Assembly (NCBI RefSeq): GCF_009914755.1
Contig: NC_060929.1
Reading direction: 5' to 3' (one strand)
DNA length: 64,000 bases
Origin: the human T2T-CHM13v2.0 reference genome, Homo sapiens
A program made the position numbers and the translations under genes. Positions 56,626 through 64,000 of the stretch are shown here, in pieces. Each line of letters opens with the position of its first letter. Position 1 is the first letter of the stretch. The notes under the pieces were generated by a model that was given only the letters and a program-made list of their open reading frames with translations, ran no database searches and was not told the origin of the DNA.

Positions 56626-58039
56626 TTGACATGAGCTAATATAGAGCTTGATAGAAATGATTGAGCTAAGTTTATTTTAAGGATGATAGTCAATGTGTCT
56701 CTTCACTAAAGACAATACTTGTCATTGTTTTTTGCTCCTTTATCTTCACAGTCCACTTCTGTATGTTCTCCTGTGGGTCACAGGACTGTCTATGCATCCA
56801 TACAAAATGCAAAACAGGGGATGACATCCTAGAATGAATTGTGGCAAAACAGCTTCAAACTAGCCAAGAAGACAAACAAAATATGGAGGGAAAATTGAAT
56901 AAAATTAAATACCCAGAGTAATGCCCCCCAAGGCAGATCCCCAATCAAGGATTTGAGCACATGTAACTCAACTGAGAGTTCACTCCAGAAGCCACTGGTA
57001 GATGGGTGGGGAAGTGAGACGAGAAAAGACACCAGTAAAGGGTACGTGAAAGCCAGGCACCTGGAGCTGGGGCATGTGGGAGAATGTTGGGAGACAACAT
57101 AGGACTTCCCCCGGGGTCATTGCAGCTGGATATTGATTCAGCAGCTTTCATCACTGGTTCAGGCTACCTTTGGGGTCATTAACTCCTTGACTCTTCCACC
57201 TTGCCCTATGTGTCAGCTGAGTATGTTCCCAAAATCAGAAAAAGAGCCCTCCTCGGTCAGACAGTCACAGGGGTTCCCAGTAAGCAGTGTTTGTCATGTT
57301 GTGTGGAAGTGGAGCCGGGAGGATGGACAGGTTTCAGGGTGCCACTGCAGGTGGCACACATGTGTGCCATGAGGGAATGCTCTGTGCAGCCTGGGAGGGG
57401 ACTCCTGTGGTGGCAGCCCACATTTCTCCTCCCCTTGGGAACTTGTTTGTCCCTGTCTCACTGTACCTGACTGTGGCAATTCAGCCTTGGCTCTGATGTC
57501 AGCTTCCTCTGCCGCCCTCTTTCCTAAGCATTAGGCCAGGGCCCCCAGCTCTGCTCCTGATGGCCAGGGAGAGCCATTTCTGGGCTAAGCACACTGTGGC
57601 AACTGAGAGGAGAAAAGTGAAAGAAAGGCTGTGTGGCTCTGACCATTTGTCACCTCTGCTGAAGTGGTATTTAGGGAGATTCAGCTCCCAGAGGTGTTTT
57701 CATTTTAGTAGGCGGCTCTCAGTCTAGAAGTCTATAGGATTCAAAAGAAGGAATGTTTCAGGTGTGATTTGGGCACTCTGACAGTCTATTTGTGGCAGGG
57801 CCTCAGGAACATCACACACAAGCAGGAGATCCTGGCTCATTTCTCTCCCTGGTCCTGGCTCCACAGCCTCCATCTCCTCAGAACAGGAGACTGTAGGAAA
57901 CCCCATTCCCAGGCCACATGGATGCAATAGTCCCTGTCCCACTGGCTCATACCCTATCCCATCAACACTGCCAGTCCTCTACTGGGAGTAGGATTCTGGG
58001 AGAGAGGGAATTCCCTTCTGGGAGGAGCTAGGCTAGGTA

Positions 58040-58490
58040 GAAGCCATACAACCTGAAGGGTCTCAGACTACCTGGGTTTGCATCCCTGTCTACTCATCAG
58101 CTGTAGGCCTTTGGAAAAGTTATCTAAATTCCCTATGTCTCAGTCTCTGCATCTGTGAAATGGGATAATAATAGTACTTACCTCACAGGGTATGTGAGGA
58201 TGAAATGATTATTTTGTGAGAAGTGCTACGAACTGCTAAGAAGTCCTGGCATAGTAAGTGTTGTGAAATATACAGGACAGGAGTGTGGAGCTGAATGCCA
58301 GGGGATAGGGGCTCTAACAAGTGGTGGAGTCGACAAGCTGTGTGGCCTTGGAACAGCCGTTTAACCCCTTAGAATCTCAGTTTCTCTTTGTAATATTTAC
58401 ACAAAGTCGTTGTGAGAATTAAGTGAGGTAAGGATGTGAACTATCGAGCACAGAGTTTGTCCCACATAAGACAATTTGGATAAATATTGC
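58040..58490 (+). mobile_element. Two MIR SINE copies
   Basis: cctgggtttgcatccc...ctcagtctctgcatctgtgaaatgggataataatagtacttacctcacagg, then a second ctcagtttctct...gttgtgagaattaagtgag. Confidence 0.8.
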
Positions 58491-58727
58491 AACTGTAGTA
58501 AAAGGTCTTACCGAGGATTTACCTTGTCTTTTGCACAAGAGATTAAGTCACTGTGGTGAAACTGAAGAGGAAGCTTTGTCCTTTTTGGATGTGGGTGGGA
58601 AGGAGAGAAGATGAGGTACGCGTCGGGATGGAGTGGGGAGGGGAGGATGAGGGGGGAAGGGAACAAAGGGGAGCTGTAGGAATTTATTCAAAGGAAAAGA
58701 CATCATTATATTGAAGGGCCATCTGAA

Positions 58728-58818
58728 CCCCTGTGTTTATTGCAGCACTATTCACAATAGCCAAGACCTGCAATCAACCTAGGTGTCCAACAACAGATGA
58801 GCAGATAAAGAAAATGTG

Positions 58819-58855
<37 letters not shown>

Positions 58856-59212
58856 ATGGACTATTAATCAGCCATAAAAAGAATGAAATCCTGTCATTTG
58901 TGGCACCATGGAGGGAACTGGAGGACACTATGTTAAGTGAAATAAGCTAGGAACAGAAAGTTAAACACTATATATTCTCACTTATATGTGAAAGCTAGAA
59001 AAAGTTGATCTTATAGAAATGAAAAGTAGAATAGAGGATACTAGAGGCCGGGAAGAGTTGGGGGAAGAGGGGGCTAGGGAGAGATTTGTTAAAGGACACA
59101 AAATTATGGCTAGATGGGAGGAGTGAGTTCTAGTGTTCTATACCACTGTAGGATGACTGTAGTTAACAGTAACATATATATAGTTTCAATTAGCTAGAAG
59201 CAGGGATATTGA
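58728..59212 (+). mobile_element. L1MA-type LINE-1 3' fragment with an internal (TA)n
   Basis: tgtttattgcagcactattcacaatagccaag...gaatgaaatcctgtcatttgtggca...agatgggaggagtgagttctagtgttcta. Confidence 0.88.
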
Positions 59213-59732
59213 ACAGGAGGAGAACCAGTGGATTTCAAAGGCTGAAAAGAAAGATCTGCTTGCTTTCTAGGGGTTGGAGGCACAGGGATGTGGATTACGG
59301 GGAATTGAAATAGTCAGAGAGTTCTTGCTATGTAAAACAATTCTGACAGACAATCCCTGGAATCCTGACACCTGGAGGAGGGAGGGAGGGAGTATCACCT
59401 AAGAACTGCTGTCCTAGAACCCTTGCTGGGGAGAGGGGTGCACAGCCTTCGCTGAGCTGGACATTAAAGTTGACCATCCTCCCTCAGAAGACCAAAGGTA
59501 TAAGGCCAGCACAGTGTGGAGGGAACATCTCAGGCTGTGGGCAGTCAGAGTTCAGCAGCCATGTTGGTGGCAGCAAGGAACCAGGCAGGAGTGGATTGTT
59601 CAGAGACCAGTGCTCTCCTTGCCGAATATGAGAGGCAGGCTGGCCATTAATATGGGGCTGAGGTTATTAGGAAAATACTGGACTTATTGCTTTATGGTAG
59701 GTGGGTGACTGAGGTGGTTTTATTTTATTTTT

Positions 59733-59828
59733 TATATATATATATACACATACATACATATATATACATATATATGTATGTATATATATGTATATATATG
59801 TATGTATGTGTATAGAGAGAGAGAGAGA
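59733..59828. repeat. (TA)n/(CATA)n/(TATG)n/(GA)n compound microsatellite
   Basis: Directly visible. Confidence 0.9.
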
Positions 59829-60059
59829 TTGAGTGATGGATGCATGCTAGCTGTGGCCTGAATTAATGGAGCAAGTCTTTGTTCTGTGTCCTATTGGTAA
59901 AGATAGGAGAATTCTTTAGTGCTCTAGGGTTGTCTGTTCTCACTGGGGCCTTTGGTCAGGAAAGGCGGCCATTCCATGACAAGAAACCCAGGAGCAGGAC
60001 CTGTGCCCCTCCTCACACAGGATACCTACAACAGGCATTTGTAATGACTTAGAAATTCA

Positions 60060-60215
60060 TGCACTACTTTTCTCATTTAATTCTTATAATAACCCTGCAA
60101 ATAGGCATTTGTCTGCATTTTAGAGATGAGAAAATTGAAGCCTAGAGAGGTGCAGTCATTTGCCCCGGTCTCATGATGGAGGTGGTGCTCAAGCACAGGC
60201 CAATTTCAAATTCTG
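60060..60215 (-). mobile_element. MIR SINE
   Basis: ctcatttaattcttataataaccctgc...cattttagagatgagaaaattgaagcctagagagg. Confidence 0.75.
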
Positions 60216-63200
60216 CTTTGCTTCCCATATCCCATTCTCCCCCATGAGACTTCACAGTGCGTGTGTGAAGTGCTCCGGATGTTGGGATTGAATACAATGG
60301 CAGTTCTATTGCACACATTTTTCTTTCTTGCCGGGAGTCTAGGCTTCTTTAAGTGCATAAATAATACATAAATTAGTATGTTGAGCTGATTCCCACACTT
60401 TTTCAACAGACCTTCAGTTCTTCCTGAGATCGATAAAGCTTAAAAGAAAAGAAAAAGCCAACTCAGCTTGTGCGTGGATCCTGGACCTTGCTCTAATACA
60501 GACCCCGCTCCTGGAGTGTAAGCCATGCTTGACGGCTCAGCTTTCTTGTCACTAATGAGGTGGGATGTGGTTGTGCATTCAAAATCTAGCAAGGACGAAG
60601 TGAGTGCACCACTGATTAAACATGGAGAGAAATTTCTTTCCAAAGGGCTGTGTAAGAGGAGAAGCAGGAGATGTATGTAAGATTTCTCATTTGTGCAATG
60701 CATCCTCTGAACCACTGTGATGCCACGGGCTGCTGAACTTTCCACAGGGGCCATTAGGGACGAAATCACACCGATGGAATGAAAGGGAAAATAACCAAAG
60801 ACAACAGCAACAGCTCAAAACACCAGAAAAAGCAGCAACACTATATCTATCCGTCACTGGCCCAACTCGACATCTGGAAAAGAACCCAGAGTAGCTGCCA
60901 ACCAGATGGCCCCTTGGTGTAAGTGGGAGGAGGTACCTGTCCAGGCACATGCAGCCCTACACAGGCTGAATTTCAGGCCTCCTCGTGCAGGGAACCCTCT
61001 TCCCAGCTGTACATGGTCCCCTGAGCATTCGCATGTAATTCTCTCATCTTTCCAGCCATTCTTTTTCTCTTTCCTTTTTTTAAGGCCTGGCAGCTACCTT
61101 TTTTTTTTTTTTTTTTTAGGACCATGAAGCTGCAGCCTCTGACATGATATGTAGATAAAAGACGTCACGGGGATAAGAGCTAGAGAAAGCTTTAACGAGA
61201 AGAGCTTAGACCATTTTCAAAGCTCCTCCACAGTGCACGGAGGGGCCCAAAGCTGGCGGAGCGCTGGGCGACACGCTCCCGCTCGCACCAAGGCCTCGCT
61301 CTGATGAGCTGGGCAATTGGGAGACTGTTTGAACAAACCAAAGAAAAATATCAAAAGGCAAATTGGAGTTAGGGAGAAAATGAATAGCCCATGATCTCCA
61401 AGGGAGATTACAGAGGTAATGACAAAGCAGGCAGGTTTTTAGAGGCGCTGTTATTCCAAGAAAGGTAATTTTGTTCAACTTATTTTTTTTTTAACGGAAA
61501 AGAGGATGAAGAGATCAGCACTAGCTAAATCATCACTGTCAGATAAAAGATAAATCTTTCATTAGGAACCATATCTTTGCATGCCCTTTTGACATTGAAG
61601 AATATATTTGATGTAAGGATTTGGGGCTTTATCAAAACTATAGTATTCTAAAATAAACAAAACCACAATGTCATGTTTTATTGGAGAACAGCCATAAAAA
61701 AATGAAAAGAACTTTTAAGATTAATAGCACATTTTCCCTATAGGAGCTTTGCTCTTTTTGATAGCTTTTTAAGATCCATACTCACAGAATGTTTGCATAT
61801 TCAGCAAACATAGACTTAGATAACAAGAGGAGCTGCCTTTAACCCCTGGAGATTCAGACTCCATCCAGTCTTCCAGTGCCTGCCAAGCTAGAGAAAGGAC
61901 AAAAGAAACCTTAACCAAGAAAAGACCCTCAAGAAACTATCCTGCTGCTCCACCTCCTGGGACTTGGTGCTTCCACCAGGTCCCTTCTTCCTTCCTCTAT
62001 CCCCCCTCTCATTGGTCCCCCCTCTTACCTGGCCTGGACTGTGCACCTGCCAAGTCTCCCTGGGACTGGCATTGTGCCCATGTCATGGTTCCTGCCTTTG
62101 ACTTCCCTAAGCCTGTGCCACATCACCACACAGTCTGTTCCCATCCCCCTGGGGAGAGCTCTGCCACCTGGCTGGTCTCCCAACTCATTACCATTGGCTG
62201 CAATTCCCGAGTTCTTTGCCTTTCATCAGCCCCTAGCTTCTCTGGACATGATCTTCTGACCAGCCAAGTCTCCTCCTCTTGCCTGCAGCTGTGTTCCCAC
62301 CTTAATATCTGTCCTACTCTGGTAGACAAATACCTTCCCCAGGTTTCCAAACCCTTTGTCTGGCTTATAAAACACCACTTCTTTAGGAACAGTTCATGGA
62401 TCTTCAGTTTTGAGCTCTGCCATCAATAGACTCAGAGACCCCCCTCTCTGTTTCTGTTCCATTCTCTGGTGACTTAGACTCCTCATCCTCTACCCAGTGT
62501 TTTTTCTCTTCCAAGAGTCTTCATTACTCAGTGCATGCTCCCTTAGAACATCAGCTTCTATGTGGCCCATTTAGCCACTTTGTCTTCCCTCTGTCTCTCT
62601 GTTTCCTTCCCCCGCTCTCTCTCTATCTCCCTATCGGTTATAGGTTTACCTTTCAGCTTCCCTTAATTATTGCCTGACTCTCTGATATTTTTGAGAAATT
62701 TTATTTGCACAGCTTACACCTTTTATTTATTTATTTTGCATGAGGTTCAAAACATGCAAACAAAGGAAAAAACAGAGAGAATTCTCCTACGAATTGCTTG
62801 TTCATGGGACGGGTGCCTCCTTCTACTCTAATCAGTCTGGCTACAGGTTGTCCATTTACAGAAAGTACTGTGGATGTGACACGGTTTCTAGGAAGGTCTT
62901 GGGGTGAAACAGGCACCAGGACATGTCTAGCGTTTACCATTTACTATAAAGTAAATAAGGTTCAAATTGAAAAATAATTAAAAGGATCGAGCTATTCCAG
63001 GTGGATTAAAAAATGGCCTCAGATCTTTCCAGATTATCAGAGTTCACCAAGTCATCCAATCCTTGGGGAAATAAAATTAATGAAATCGGGTTCTGAAATT
63101 CTGAAGAAAAAGAGAAAACACACAAACTCAAAAAACAAAACAAAACAAAAAACTCTGAAGAGGCAGCTTTGTGTAGTAGAAGGAGGAGTGAATGAGACCC

Positions 63201-63256
63201 AGAAAACTTGGGTTGGAGTTGTCTGTGGCACATTGCATGAGTCATTTCTCTGGGGC

Positions 63257-63603
63257 CATAGTGGACACTGTGACCCTGCCCCGATCCCCATCACGGGCCC
63301 AGGGACCCATCTCCCAGCTGCTGTGGGCACTGAGATCTAACAGCTCACAGCTGTTCCTTTCTCTGGGAACCATCCACTTCTGATATCAGCTCCCCACTTT
63401 TTGGGGGAAAGCCTATAGCCAGAGCCCTTCAGGCCAAGACTGAACTTTGCTGAGGTCACATCCTTAACCAGCACTTGCTTCTTCCTTATACTACTTCTCT
63501 TACTCCCTCAGATGTGTTTCCTGAAGAGCACGCCCTCAGTAAATCATGGGCACCTGAATCCCTGTCTCAGGCTCTGCTTTCAGGGAATGTGTGACCTAAG
63601 ATA
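63257..63603 (+). mobile_element. LTR16-type ERVL solo LTR nested in a MIR-like element
   Basis: gtggacactgtgaccctgccccgatcccc...cagtaaatcatgggcacctgaatccctgtctcaggctctgctttcagggaa...gacctaagata. Confidence 0.75.
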
Positions 63604-64000
63604 GCAACTCAGTTTACTTCTCTGTGCAGTGAAGTGGGAGGCTGGGTTGATTAGCTCTGAGGTCCCTTCCTACTCCGATATTCCTTGGTTCTTTTTTGTG
63701 CATTATCTCACTTCTATTTCCAAAATAGACCAAGCTTAGAAGAAAACTTGTGATAGTATTGGAATAGCTGCATTTCCATGTAGCTTACTACATAACTGAC
63801 ATAAGCTAAGGGTGTCTTAGCTAATCAGATCTCAACATTTTCTTCGGTTACCCCTGGCAATGGGATTTGGAAGTGTTGCAGGGGTGACCACTGTGGTGTG
63901 ATTTTTATCAATGTGCTTATATTATACACACACAAAGTTCCTGGCTTTCTGAACCATGCAGACATTTCAGAGTGCTGAGTTCCTGGAATGTGAACCTATT

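Overview
This is primate, most likely human, non-coding genomic DNA; it carries a near-consensus AluYa5, a subfamily that is largely human-specific. I find no credible protein-coding gene, RNA gene, CRISPR array or processed pseudogene. The ORF track is explained by L1 ORF1/ORF2 remnants, Alu/LTR-derived spurious ORFs and microsatellites. The window is a layered record of transposons: the 5' end of an L1PA, old L1M blocks, two 5'-truncated primate L1s, about 15 Alus, MaLR/ERVL solo LTRs, Tigger/Charlie DNA-transposon MITEs, MIR and L2. Repeat subfamily names come from my recall of consensus sequences, not from a database search. The points most worth follow-up are: a very young AluYa5; two probable L1 3' transductions; a perfect 55-bp triplication next to an exon-like segment; two short diverged dispersed duplications; templated-insertion scars, including a hairpin-perfecting insertion in an Alu; an Alu whose tail is G-rich instead of poly(A); unexpectedly CpG-rich ancient repeats, one beside a DR0 nuclear-receptor site; and several candidate regulatory elements. 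The sequence alone does not support a new biological system.
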